A stretch of DNA of 64,000 bases from Amphiscolops sp. MND2022 (taxonomy: Eukaryota), in the NCBI GenBank assembly GCA_964187785.1, contig OZ076409.1, forward strand, positions 63,118,001-63,182,000, given 5' to 3'. The notes beneath the pieces are model-generated. The model did not search any database and had not been told where the DNA came from. It saw only the letters and a program-made list of their open reading frames with translations. Position numbers and translations under genes: made by a program. How positions within the stretch are numbered: position 1 is the stretch's first letter; each line of letters opens with the position of its first letter. This document shows positions 50,538 to 63,643 of the stretch, piece by piece.

Positions 50538-53500
50538 TTTTTTTTGAGAAACAATGCCAGAAAAGGAAGAAGCTGAAATTTCACCTTAATTATAGTTTCG
50601 AAAAAAAACCTCACCCAGTGTCATGAACATTTAGCTCAGGGTAATCATCGTTCGATTGATTCTCATATTGTCCATTCCTTGAGTTATTTTTTGTATTTAA
50701 GTTTCTCTGAACTTCGGAATTTAGTTCCGGTCTCTCGGGTCGAACGTCCCATCCTTTTTTGGTCTCGTGTCCCGATCCGGCCATAATAACGTTTTGGATT
50801 TGGGGAAGTACCTGAGTACTTATTGCATCACTTATGGCCCTTTGAATCTGAACACTCACAGAATTCATCATCTCGTCCATTTCCCGTGAAATTGCTTGCC
50901 GAAGTCCTTATGCTGTATTTTTAGGGAGGCTCTCAGCTCGTGAGATACATAGTATCACACTTGACGAGACCCACGACGAGAACGTGGCCTCCTTCGGGTC
51001 TCAAAACTGGAAAAGTATAAAACCAAAACTGTTTGAAAACAATTCAGATCTGTATTTGGATACACTATACCATAATAACACTAGACCATAAGAACACTAT
51101 AATGATACACTAGACCAAAATATCTAGTCATCGAAAACTCTGTGAAGACAACGAATAGTATCTAAATTATGCATAATTTTGTCTTTAAATCGAGAACAAT
51201 ATGTGAAACTTGGGCAAAATAGCTGCTAAATTTTGGAAATCAGCTATTGAAAAAGGAATCAGATTTAAATTCTGAGTCAATTTGATCTAAAAACGAAAAC
51301 TAAGACAACGAAGGGTAACTAAATAATGCATAATTTGCGCCTCTATATTGAGAATATCTAAAATTTTGGCAAAATTGCTGCAAAATTATGGAACTCAGCA
51401 ACTGAAATAGGAATCAGATGTGCACAGGTAGCTGCCATGTCCGACATTCTTACTACATTTTTTCTCTTGAAACATGGTTTTCATACTATGTTCATGATAT
51501 GAAACATGATGGTCATAGTATGATCATACTATGAAACATGGTCGCCATGGTAAGATCTTGGCAAGATCATGATCATGAAATGACCATGATCATAGTATGA
51601 TCATACTATGATCATAGTATGGTGAGTATGTTTGGTCAACCTGGGTTGACAAACCGTTAAGCATGGAATATGTTCAATTTTCGTGAAGTTTTGTGACAGT
51701 TTATGACAAAGACCACAGTGCCACTGCGTGACTTATTGGACAAGCATTCAGTACCCTGTTCTTCCCAGTCATGACTTTCCATCTAGAGCTCATGCATTCA
51801 TTTCAGGAACATGTATGAGTCATGAGTGTATATCCAAGAACATCCATGGGTTTTGGATGAATTTTCTCCAAGTCAACATTAAATAAATTGCCAATAAAGG
51901 CCAATAGCTGATGCGAGACTTGTTAATAAGGAATGCATGTTCCTGAGATGGATGCATGAACCCTAGATGAAAATTCATGACTGGAAAAACAGGGTACGGA
52001 ATGGCTGTCCAACAAGACGCGCAGTGGCATTGCGGTCTTTGTCACAAACGGTCACAATAGAACTTCACGAAAAATTGAACGTTTTCCGGACTTGACGGTT
52101 TGTCAAAGAAAAAGTATGGGAAAAGTTCAAATAATTAAATGCCCGTACAGTTTTGAAGATTACTTCATGCATATATACATTTATGTTTTCAGCATGACAA
52201 ATTTAAAAGCGTATTCTCATGGAAAACGTCTGTCACATTTCAATTTTTTTTGAGAAACAATGCCAGAAAAGGAAGAAGCTGAAATTTCACCTTAATTATA
52301 GTTTCGAAAAAAAACCTCACCCAGTGTCATGAACATTTAGCTCAGGGTAATCATCGTTCGATTGATTCTCATATTGTCCATTCCTTGAGTTATTTTTTGT
52401 ATTTAAGTTTCTCTGAACTTCGGAATTTAGTTCCGGTCTCTCGGGTCGAACGTCCCATCCTTTTTTGGTCTCGTGTCCCGATCCGGCCATAATAACGTTT
52501 TGGATTTGGGGAAGTACCTGAGTACTTATTGCATCACTTATGGCCCTTTGAATCTGAACACTCACAGAATTCATCATCTCGTCCATTTCCCGTGAAATTG
52601 CTTGCCGAAGTCCTTATGCTGTATTTTTAGGGAGGCTCTCAGCTCGTGAGATACATAGTATCACACTTGACGAGACCCACGACGAGAACGTGGCCTCCTT
52701 CGGGTCTCAAAACTGGAAAAGTATAAAACCAAAACTGTTTGAAAACAATTCAGATCTGTATTTGGATACACTATACCATAATAACACTAGACCATAAGAA
52801 CACTATAATGATACACTAGACCAAAATATCTAGTCATCGAAAACTCTGTGAAGACAGCGAATAGTATCTAAATTATGCATAATTTTGTCTTTAAATCGAG
52901 AACAATATGTGAAACTTGGGCAAAATAGCTGCTAAATTTTGGAAATCAGCTATTGAAAAAGGAATCAGATTTAAATTCTGAGTCAATTTGATCTAAAAAC
53001 GAAAACTAAGACAACGAAGGGTAACTAAATTATGCATAATTTGCGCCTCTATATTGAGAATATCTAAAATTTTGGCAAAATTGCTGCAAAATTATGAAAC
53101 TCAGCAACTGAAATAGGAATCAGATGTGCACAGGTAGCTGCCATGTCCGACATTCTTACTACATTTTTTCTCTTGAAACATGGTTTTCATACTATGTTCA
53201 TGATATGAAACATGATGGTCATAGTATGATCATACTATGAAACATGGTCGCCATGGTAAGATCTTGGCAAGATCATGATCATGAAATGACCATGATCATA
53301 GTATGATCATACTATGATCATAGTATGGTGAGTATGTTTGGTCAACCTGGGTTGACAAACCGTTAAGCATGGAAAATGTTCAATTTTCGTGAAGTTTTGT
53401 GACAGTTTATGACAAAGACCACAGTGCCACTGCGTGACTTATTGGACAAGCATTCAGTACCCTGTTCTTCCCAGTCATGACTTTCCATCTAGAGCTCATG

Positions 53501-56011
53501 CACTCATTTCAGGAACATGTATGAGTCATGAGTGTATATCCAAGAACATCCATGGGTTTTGGATGAATTTTCTCCAAGTCAACATTAAATAAATTGCCAA
53601 TACAGGGCCAATAGCTGATGCGAGACTTGTTAATAAGGAATGCATGTTCCTGAGATGGATGCATGAACCCTAGATGAAAATTCATGACTGGAAAAACAGG
53701 GTACGGAATGGCTGTCCAACAAGACGCGCAGTGGCATTGCGGTCTTTGTCACAAACGGTCACAATAGAACTTCACGAAAAATTGAACGTTTTCCGGACTT
53801 GACGGTTTGTCAAAGAAAAAGTATGGGAAAAGTTCAAATAATTAAATGCCCGTACAGTTTTGAAGATTACTTCATGCATATATACATTTATGTTTTCAGC
53901 ATGACAAATTTAAAAGCGTATTCTCATGGAAAACGTCTGTCACATTTCAATTTTTTTTGAGAAACAATGCCCGAAAAGGAAGAAGCTGAAATTTCACCTT
54001 AATTATAGTTTCGAAAAAAAACCTCACCCAGTGTCATGAACATTTAGCTCAGGGTAATCATCGTTCGATTGATTCTCATATTGTCCATTCCTTGAGTTAT
54101 TTTTTGTATTTAGGTTTCTCTGATCTTCGGAATTTAGTTCCGGTCTCTCGGGTGGAACGTCCCATCCTTTTCTGGTCTCGTGTCCCGATCCGGCCATAAT
54201 AACGTTTTGGATTTGGGGAAGTACCTGAGTACTTATTGCATCACTTATGGCTCTTTGAATCTGAACACTCACAGAATTCATCATCTCGTCCATTTCCCGT
54301 GAAATTGCTTGCCGAAGTCCTTATGCTGTATTTTTAGGGAGGCTCTCAGCTCGTGAGATACATAGTATCACACTTGACGAGACCCACGACGAGAACGTGG
54401 CCTCCTTCGGGTCTCAAAACTGGAAAAGTATAAAACCAAAACTGTTTGAAAACAATTCAGATCTGTATTTAGATACACTATACCAAAATAACACTAGACC
54501 ATAAGAACACTATAAGGATACACTAGACCAAAATATCTAGTCATCGAAAACTCTGTGAAGACAGCGAATAGTATCTAAATTATGCATAATTTTGTCTTTA
54601 AATCGAGAACAATATGTGAAACTTGGGCAAAATAGCTGCTAAATTTTGGAAATCAGCTATTGAAAAAGGAATCAGATTTAAATTCTGAGTCAATTTGATC
54701 TAAAAACGAAAACTAAGACAACGAAGGGTAACTAAATTATGCATAATTTGCGCCTCTATATTGAGAATATCTAAAATTTTGGCAAAATTGCTGCAAAATT
54801 ATGGAACTCAGCAACTGAAATAGGAATCAGATGTGCACAGGTAGCTGCCATGTCCGACATTCTTACTACATTTTTTCTCTTGAAACATGGTTTTCATTCT
54901 ATGTTCATGATATGAAACATGATGGTCATAGTATGATCATACTATGAAACATGGTCGCCAATGTAAGATCTTGGCAAGATCATGATCATGAAATGACCAT
55001 GATCATAGTATGATCATACTATGATCATAGTATGGTGAGTATGTTTGGTCAACCTGGGTTGACAAACCGTTAAGCATGGAAAATGTTCAATTTTCGTGAA
55101 GTTTTGTGACAGTTTATGACAAAGACCACAGTGCCACTGCGTGACTTATTGGACATGCATTCAGTACCCTGTTCTTCCCAGTCATGACTTTCCATCTAGA
55201 GCTCATGCATTCATTTCAGGAACATGTATGAGTCATGAGTGTATATCCAAGAACATCCATGGGTATTGGATGAATTTTCTCCAAGTCAACATTAAATAAA
55301 TTGCCAATACAGGGCCAATAGCTGATGCGAGACTTGTTAATAAGGAATGCATGTTCCTGAGATGGATGCATGAACCCTAGATGAAAATTCATGACTGGAA
55401 AAACAGGGTACGGAATGGCTGTCCAACAAGACGCGCAGTGGCATTGCGGTCTTTGTCACAAACGGTCACAATAGAACTTCACGAAAAATTGAACGTTTTC
55501 TGGACTTGACGGTTTGTCAAAGAAAAAGTATGGGAAAAGTTCAAATAATTAAATGCCCGTACAGTTTTGAAGATTACTTCATGCATATATACATTTATGT
55601 TTTCAGCATGACAAATTTAAAAGCGTATTCTCATGGAAAACGTCTGTCACATTTCAATTTTTTTTGAGAAACAATGCCAGAAAAGGAAGAAGTTGAAATT
55701 TCACCTTAATTATAGTTTCGAAAAAAACCTCACCCAGTGTCATGAACATTTAGCTCAGGGTAATCATCGTTCGATTGATTCTCATATTGTCCATTCCTTG
55801 AGTTATTTTTTGTATTTAAGTTTCTCTGAACTTCAGAATTTAGTTCCGGTCTCTCGGGTGGAACGTCCCATCCTTTTCTGGTCTCGTGTCCCGATCCGGC
55901 CATAATAACTTTTTGGATTTGGGGAAGTACCTGAGTACTTATTGCATCACTTATGGCCCTTTGAATCTGAACACTCACAGAATTCATCATCTCGTCCATT
56001 TCCCGTGAAAT
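49199..56011 (+). repeat. Tandem array of four ~1.7-kb near-identical units
   Basis: Units start at 49199, 50888, 52594 and 54301 (1689, 1706, 1707, 1706 bp); the same 89-aa ORF fragment recurs; junction microhomology GAAAT. Confidence 0.95.
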
Positions 56012-56325
56012 GCGAGAATTCAATTCACTTGACAACCTGTTGATCTCAGCACTAGAGTTGGCTGTAACTGAATTTTGATCATATTCGGTATTTGTTCTAA
56101 AGTGATCATTTCTCTGATTTCTACTTACATTTGCGTTTTCATTCACAGACTCATTGCTTGCAAAGCTTCTAGACCATCTAGGCAAGTTACTGTTCAAGCT
56201 ACCTTCTCTCTCTCTCTTGCGCTAAAATGATTTTCTCCTAACATAATGTCTATGTTCTCGATGTCTGACAGCATCTCGAGTCCTCTTGACTTTCTTGCCT
56301 TTTTCTGTTTTCTAGTAGTAGGCAT
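55730..56325 (-). pseudogene. Frameshifted ORF MPTTRKQKKARKSRGLEMLSDIEN...ISREMDEMMNSVSVQIQRAISDAISTQVLPQIQ; probable gag N-terminus within an LTR
   Basis: ATG at 56323-56325 (minus), frameshift in the (GA)n run near 56210, helical segment, and stop 8 nt after a TGACA terminus at 55738. Confidence 0.5.
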
Positions 56326-57389
56326 AGAAACAGTTCCAAATTACCAATGAATTATTCAATACGGAAAATAACAGCGTAGCTGTTTGTACTTCAATCGTTA
56401 CTAGTAGTGTCTCAAATGAATTGTGTCCCACTCAGGCCGAGTATCGGTATATATACTCGTGAGGGGATGACATTCACATACTTTACATTACTAGTCAAGA
56501 AAAATGGGGTCATGTGATATATTACTTCACAGGGAATGTCCCGACAACCGCATATTATTAGGGGACATTTAGGGAATGGCATTCAAAAGTCGTTTGATCA
56601 AGACAGAAATATCAAATCAGTTATTAACTAAGGCATCATATCAAAGCGTCAACAAATGTCTCCGCTCACATTCTTTACAGCGGAGTGCAGTGGAGGCACG
56701 TGCCGACACGAGTTATTGAGAATGGAATGTATCATCGCGTGTATATTGCTTCAATACAAACTAAATATATGTGAGAATACAATTTCATGTTAGGGCCAGA
56801 ATAGGCTCAAAATCATAAATTACACAGCTTTCAAAGAGACATGGTAAGATGGCCTTAATTGTCCACTCTTTTAGGTTAAGGTTATACAGACATTAAAGCG
56901 CTACAAATGCTTTAATTTAGTTTCAAATCATGGAAAGTTAGCTCCGAGTAATTACTTGCTAATTTAGGCAACAAAATACTATAATGCATGAACTGGCCGG
57001 AACCGGCCATTTGACGTGAGTACCAGTAAGCATGCACTGCGTTAAGTCAAAAGGCCTTATTCGGCCATTATGTAATAAAAGCGCCAATATTTCAAAAGGA
57101 ACGATGTGATTGGTTATCGATGTACAGCAAGTTACGTCGCCGAGAAAGGACGATTCCGCACTTGAACACGTTTCCTCCTCGCGGTTAATTTGCTTGTTGT
57201 TTATTATTGCATCAAATCAACCTTGCATTTTAATTCTATCTTACAACAAATACATCATCAAATTGATTTGGCCTGTCCCAAATCGTTAAATTAACAGACT
57301 AATATAAACTGCAACGTATTGGAAAATGTAATAGTTTGAGAGCAAATATTGTTACTAAAAATAAGTTTTGAAATACAAGATATACTTGT

Positions 57390-58271
57390 TTAAAATGTAG
57401 GCAAAGTTCCGGGCAATGTCTCCTGGCTGGTCGCTGTTGTCGTTATTAAGGTACCGTCACAGGCGGCAGCCTGCGACACTGCGGGTGTTATGAAGAGAAA
57501 AGCGCCTGCGTTTAGTCCATTTTCGTACGCTTCCCTTCTGATCTTCGTTATGTATTCGGGTTCTCCTCTAGGCTTGGACCTTTCGACGTACCATTCCACC
57601 TTCTCCTTCTTGATAGCCTCTGAGGATCTGCCACAGACCATGCATGCTGAATATAATTTCGTGCTAATATTTTCGTAGGGCCTGGTGTTTTGCACGTGGT
57701 AGGAGGCGTGAAAACCTCCCATAACCGGCTGCATCAGGAGAGTGTCCATACTCGGCCCTCTTTCGTGATCAGGCGGTGACATAGGCGACTCTGGCACGGG
57801 CATTAGAGTTTTGCAAATTTCAATCCGAGATTTGCCTGCTTTCTTTGGGGGAGCGTAACACATCTCCTCGTCAAAGTACTTGTGGTCAAACTTCGGAGTC
57901 ACGTCCGTTCGCATCTGGGAAGAACTGGGGCCAGCTTCTGGTTCGTCTTCTGAAGATTCCTCCATAGTCATTATGCGGCCACCAATTAGCACGGGGCTGG
58001 AGATGACCTCCCTTTCGATTCTTGCGACAAGCTGCTCCGTGTCTGTAGAACAGTCGGTCTCCCAATCCGATGACTCTCCCTCGCTGCTCGATATATATAT
58101 AACTGATCTCTCAGAATCATCAGAGTCAGATTCTTCTATACCGAATAGTTTCCTTGCGAGGTTATATTTGCTCATGATGACTTTCTTTGCTATTTTTGAA
58201 GCTACTGAGGCAACTGAGTTGAGATGGAGTTTTAGGTAGAATGAATTCGTCTGAACCAAGAAACTAGCCAA
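57390..58271 (-). CDS. Hypothetical protein (acidic Ser-rich N-terminus, CxxC motif)
   Basis: 293-codon open frame, probable ATG at MSKYNLARKLFG; contains SACMVCGRS; no recognised family. Confidence 0.65.
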   Translation of the reverse strand: MASFLVQTNSFYLKLHLNSVASVASKIAKKVIMSKYNLARKLFGIEESDSDDSERSVIYISSSEGESSDWETDCSTDTEQLVARIEREVISSPVLIGGRIMTMEESSEDEPEAGPSSSQMRTDVTPKFDHKYFDEEMCYAPPKKAGKSRIEICKTLMPVPESPMSPPDHERGPSMDTLLMQPVMGGFHASYHVQNTRPYENISTKLYSACMVCGRSSEAIKKEKVEWYVERSKPRGEPEYITKIRREAYENGLNAGAFLFITPAVSQAAACDGTLITTTATSQETLPGTLPTF

Positions 58272-59226
58272 GTTAGGCTATTTCCCGAAGTTTCAGTTTG
58301 GCGGTTAAAACTTTGGTCAATAGCCCCGATTCGTCACAAACATTCTTGAATGGAATTTCATAATTAGTCGGCTCCCTTTGATAACCTGATGTTTACCTCT
58401 CATCAGTGTCATCACTAGAAGAGGTGTGAATGACGCTCGACTTATGAATATCAACTACACTCGTCTCAAGTGGGTAATTAACGGGTCGCTTGTAAGCAAT
58501 TAGCGGCACGCGTCACCAAAATTTCTCGTAATGGCTCCAGCCAATCAGCGCTAAGCTTCGATAAGTTGTAAAAATAAATAATAAAAATGGCGAAAATAAT
58601 AAATCTAAACACTCCAAGATGGCGAAAATTCTACCTAAGTGTAACTGGACAAAACGGCAAAACAAAACGGGACAAACGGCCATAACTGGCCTCTAACTAA
58701 ATAAGTTGTAAATAACAAAGTTCATTGTACACTTCACTGGCAGACTCCATGTACAGAATAAATATGTAGATAATCAAATAATATTAGTCTGGTAATTTCT
58801 TCAGCCACGAACTCCAACTTTCCAATTTCTTCAATTCTTTACCCAATTTTAATTCCATTTCAATTCTATTTATATTTCATTTGTTCCTTTCACTTTGGAT
58901 TTGCTTCATCGGCATTTACCCCATTCTTATCCCCGTCCTAGCTGTATTTCTCTCTTCGTCGGGATAATCTCTTCCTTTCTTGCCGTACTCGGCCATTTCC
59001 CCAGCTTCCAGCAATCGTTCCCGCTTGGACCAGCGTTTGGCAGATCAGTCCCCCAGCGACATGTCTTCTGACTCATGTTGGTTTGGATTTTCATTTTAGA
59101 ACTCATTTAACTTGATCAGGGTCAAATTTGTTCAAAATACACTTCCTGTTTCCATCACTAAACACGTGATAACACGTTTCATTCAAATTTGTCATACACT
59201 TCCGGAAGGTTTCTAATCGCGGTAAA

Positions 59227-62200
59227 ATGGATTCGTATCAAGGAAGTACACCGCTAAATTTCATTCCCTTTTGTTTAGAGATTCCGCCAAAAGAGAATGC
59301 TTCTGCACCAACCTTACCCCAAGTCAACAGTCCTGTTAATGCCGAGGACTTGCCAACACTGATAGAGGGACACAAGCGAGGCGAGGCTGGTACTTCTGAG
59401 CCTCAACACGAAGCAAAACATGGTGGCTCAGCCGGTAGCCAAGACAGCGACACCGACATTACTGTTTACGCTGATTTTATGGTCCAACGGATGGAGCAAA
59501 CTCAATCCCCTGCCACGAAAGATAGTAGCCTTCCACCATCTGCCTCATCTCAAGGCCAAGAACTGACCTCTGGCACTCAGGAATTGATGCTCACTGTACT
59601 CGAAGAGCGTAGATCGAGTACTCCTATCCAGTCTGAGGAGGAGGGGAGACAAGGTGCAAATCTGTCAGCTTTGGAATCTGCCTTAGAAGTTGTCATGACC
59701 TCTGGGTCTCAGTTGCCTGCACTAAGGGATAGGGAAGATCCAAACCAATCAGAAGCAAGTGGCATTCAATCTAAGACTGACGAAGACAATGCCTCAAAAG
59801 TCTGTGATGTGCCCGCACTCCCAGGAGGCGACCTCAAGGTACGCTTCGCGTTAAGTCGCAGTGAGGAAGAAGAGTCCACAGAGGAGGCGAGCCGACTTGT
59901 CCCGGTGGAATTGTACGGGTATCCTCCTTTTGCCCCGGAAACCGAAACCGAGTGTGAAGGGGAAACCAGCTCTGAAAAGCAGCCTTTGGGGCCAGGTAAC
60001 ACGTGCGGGACCAGTGGAAGCCTTAACCAGGACAGGCTTCCGGACCTTTCAGGACGTAGCAGAGCCATCCTAAAAAAATATTTTGAGGAAGCATCCCCGA
60101 TTAGACTCCCTGTCGGACACACTACTGTCGCCTTCACTGAGCCCCAGGTGTACCATACTCTCCGTAGGTCCTTCAGTACCATGGAAAGAATGGTGCTTGA
60201 TGCTGTACGTGGATCTCCGACCGCCCTGCCATCACGAACGTCTCACTTTCAGCTTAGGGGACGAGCGCAAACCCCCGGACCTAGGCCTCAGAGCGATTCT
60301 GAAACCGACAGCGATCATCCTGGATCGGCTTCAGACCGACCAGGATCAAGTGCAGAGGACACCGGTGGGTCGTCCTTTTACGAAGAGACCGACAGTGCCA
60401 CTGAGATGGACTTAATATCGAAGTCCTTCAAGCAAGCCCCTGTAATTCCTCAAAGCAGAGAGATCCGGGAAGAAGCAGGAGACACCCAGCAACAGACAGA
60501 ACTCGGGGCAGAAGGGTACAGCAGCCAGGACACTACCTTGCATGAGATGCGTGAACAGGCGCAGAAAAACTTGGACGCGGGACCTTCCAAATCCAAAAAG
60601 AAGAAAGGCAATAAGAGACTTTCCCGGAGGGGTGTTCCCATGCGAGAAGAATTTTTCTCAAAAATAGGATGGACGAGGTCATTCATATCCGGTCCGGCAG
60701 ACCCTCTTCACAATCCCCATATGGTCTGGTGCCATATTTGTAAGAAAAACTTTTCTATAAAGTCAAAAGGGCCTTATGAGATCTTAAGACATCACCGGAC
60801 AGACCGACATTTGAGACGCGACCAAAGATGGCGGTACGAACATCTACGCAGCGTAGATCCTGTTAGCGGCAAGGTGCAACATCGGGTCAGGGGCGCCAAT
60901 GGCAAAATCCTGACAAAAATTGAGCTGGCCAGTCAACTGCACAAGTTCATCAACGTGGAATTAGTGGACTTCGGGGAGAGGTTCCCCTTCTATGAAGATT
61001 TCTTGCGCGGAACCACTACTGCCTTGGTCACCCAAGAAGCGCGTGTTAAAACCCAACTCTGTCTGGTGGGCGACTTCATAAAGACGATAGGAGACCTCAC
61101 TGTCTTGAGTAACTTGTGGTCCAGGATGGGTGCCTACACCAACCACCAGGCTACAGTCTGCGATTTTGACTGGGGCGAAGAGCGCATAAGTGTAAGGGTA
61201 TTTCCGTTCTCTTGTTCATAATCTTGAGTATTTCTTGTCCTAAGTAGTTTTGTTTCCTTTTCAGGCCATATTCCAGCATTTTTTCATAAGTGCTTTGAGT
61301 GACATTGCCGAACACGTCACTACCCAACAATGCTTTGCCGTAGAGTTCGAGACTGTAGGAGTTTATCGCTACATGACTGTCAAATTCTGGAAGGGCCATG
61401 AACTCTGTCGAGTTCTCATCTGTCGAAGCTCCCTTCCCGCAACTGATGTGACGGGTGAACTTGGATCTCTGGTCGGTTCTTGTCGGCAGTATCGACGCAA
61501 CCTGATGTGGTGGCGTGTTCCGGTTGCCATGTTGACCTGGTGAAGACGATTGACCATTCGGACTACTTCCCGCAAGGGTTCAAAGCTGTTTCCGCTTCGA
61601 GCAGCTATCCTTGCCCACCCTGATGCATAAGTCCAAGTATTCTGTCTTTGGCCAGATAGACTTCTTCTCTGTGCTCCAGGCTCTGATGGTGTCCTTAGGT
61701 GGTTCCCTCACAGAAGAATGGGCGCTGCGTAGCCCAGAACTCACTAAAGTAAGTACACCCTTCTCGTCTTCCTTCCTCTTAGTTGTAGAATGAGTAGTGT
61801 TGGTACAGTGTGAATTCCTCAACATTGAAATGGGTTTTTGCAGGCAGTTACCAGTTGCAAGCTTGACGTCCGGACACTTCCAATTCTCTGTACAGAGCTT
61901 GTCAAGGAATGGAGACTCATCCTCCGGTACTTGACTGAACATGCCTCTATACAAGGAGGTCAAGGGGTTCGCAGCAGGGTTAGACCTTATCTTATCCCTT
62001 TAATAGTACTCTTAGGTGGTTCCAGAGGGGGGCGGGTTTGGCTTCTTTTCTTGCTTGGAGACTGATAATCATTCACGTATGTGTTCTGCTTAAGGTACAG
62101 AGCTTCGAATGGTCCCTGATCTGTGACGAGTTTTTCGTTGTCAAGCTGGAGTTCTTTAACAGGCTCACGAGTGACTGTAAGTATCTCACTTTAAGGTGAA

Positions 62201-63409
62201 AAGCCACGGTTTTATTCCACTTTAGACACCAGACGTATGTTTCCAGACGTGTCCAGTTTCCCTGTGAACCTCCAGCATAGACGTGATGCCTCCTTTTACC
62301 TTTGTGGGGAAGTCTGTCGGTTTTTGAGCCTGCTCAGTTCCCGCGTCTATACTCCTGATACTGCCCCCTTGGCGAATGCTTGGTTCCTGTTGCTACGCTT
62401 CCAGACTAGTGAGGCCACTTTCCTGGTTGAGGAGGAGTATTTGGTGCGACTGAAGCTCACCAACAAGGTGTCGTCTGCTAGCAAAGCAAAGGCCGAAGGG
62501 ATGCACTTTGGTAAGAAGTCGGAGCGCCCAGCAATCCTGGCGACTACTGAGACTGTAAAGTCTGATTTCGTCAAGGACAGTCAGCAGTACGTGCAGTACC
62601 TTATTAATGAAGTTCTTCGGCAAACTGGGCTAACCACCAACATCGTGAAAGGGATGGCTACTTTTGACCCTTTCATACTATTCAAGCGCCCTATGGACGT
62701 GGCCCTACGCCACTTCGACATCTTGTAAAGTACCTTTTCCCTCCGCTCCTGGGTATCCAGTACTAATGAGTCCTTGTGCCGGGATCAGTACATGCAGCTT
62801 CTCGATCATCTGCGTACAGCTTATAGCCCAGATTTCGATATTACCAGCGTCTCCCGTGATTTAATTGAGTTCTTGTCTGAGCTGGAGTTCCTTCGAGATC
62901 GTAGCTGTTTGTTCTACCTGTTCAAATTGTGTTGTTTGTGTGCCACCACTGTCAGTCCTACATATCCTGATGTTACTTTCGGGACAGTTTCTACCGCTGG
63001 ACGCCATAGCAGGTTAACTGACGTCATTCTTCCTGTTCAAAGTTATATGTCTAACGTGCGAGATGCAGTTGCTTTCTGTAGTGATGACAGAAATCTTGCC
63101 AGATTCATTGACTTCTCTTCTTCTTTCGGGCGTTCAGCATTTGCTCCTGATTATGATCCTTGGAGCTACATGGACACTTTTGGCCGTTCAAAAATTTACA
63201 AGTCACTGCTTGCTTCTTGCCGTGTGGCTCTTTCTTCCCCTCAAAAGGCTCTGGTCTGGATTGCACCTGATGATGTACATTCTGTAGCTGACACATCCGC
63301 CGTGAAGGCCCCTTCCAGCACTAAACGGAGGAAGATGGAGCGTCGCGCTTCCCGTTCATCTTCATCATCTGCCGTCGAGGCTGACGAACCTAGTTCTTCT
63401 AAAAACTAA
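59227..63409 (+). pseudogene. Spliced gene for a large protein with a BED-type zinc finger; frameshifts and one premature stop
   Basis: VWCHICKKNFSIKSKGPYEILRHHRTDRH finger. Phase-compatible GT-AG introns at 61192-61264, 61749-61843, 61979-62094 and 62177-62225. In-frame TAA at 62726-62728 separates two same-frame ORFs. 5' end uncertain. Confidence 0.75.
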
Positions 63410-63643
63410 CTGTACATATGTATGTGTGTACTTTCAAGTTGTAAACTTTGTTAATTTCTTTGCCGATTTGCTTATTTATTCTTTGTTGTTTGTATCTCTC
63501 GATCCCTGTATTTATTCTTTTGTAAGGGGTCTCTCATACGTCCCATCATTTATTCAAAAGATACTGACTTTCATGGGACTAAAAAGATAAAAGAAAAGAA
63601 AATCCAATTCGGGACTCATCTCCTGAACTGAATTCAGTCTTCC

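Noticed and set aside
50611..54293. Three-member 89-aa gene family
   Set aside because: 5'-truncated fragments of the 55730-56325 ORF produced by the tandem duplication.
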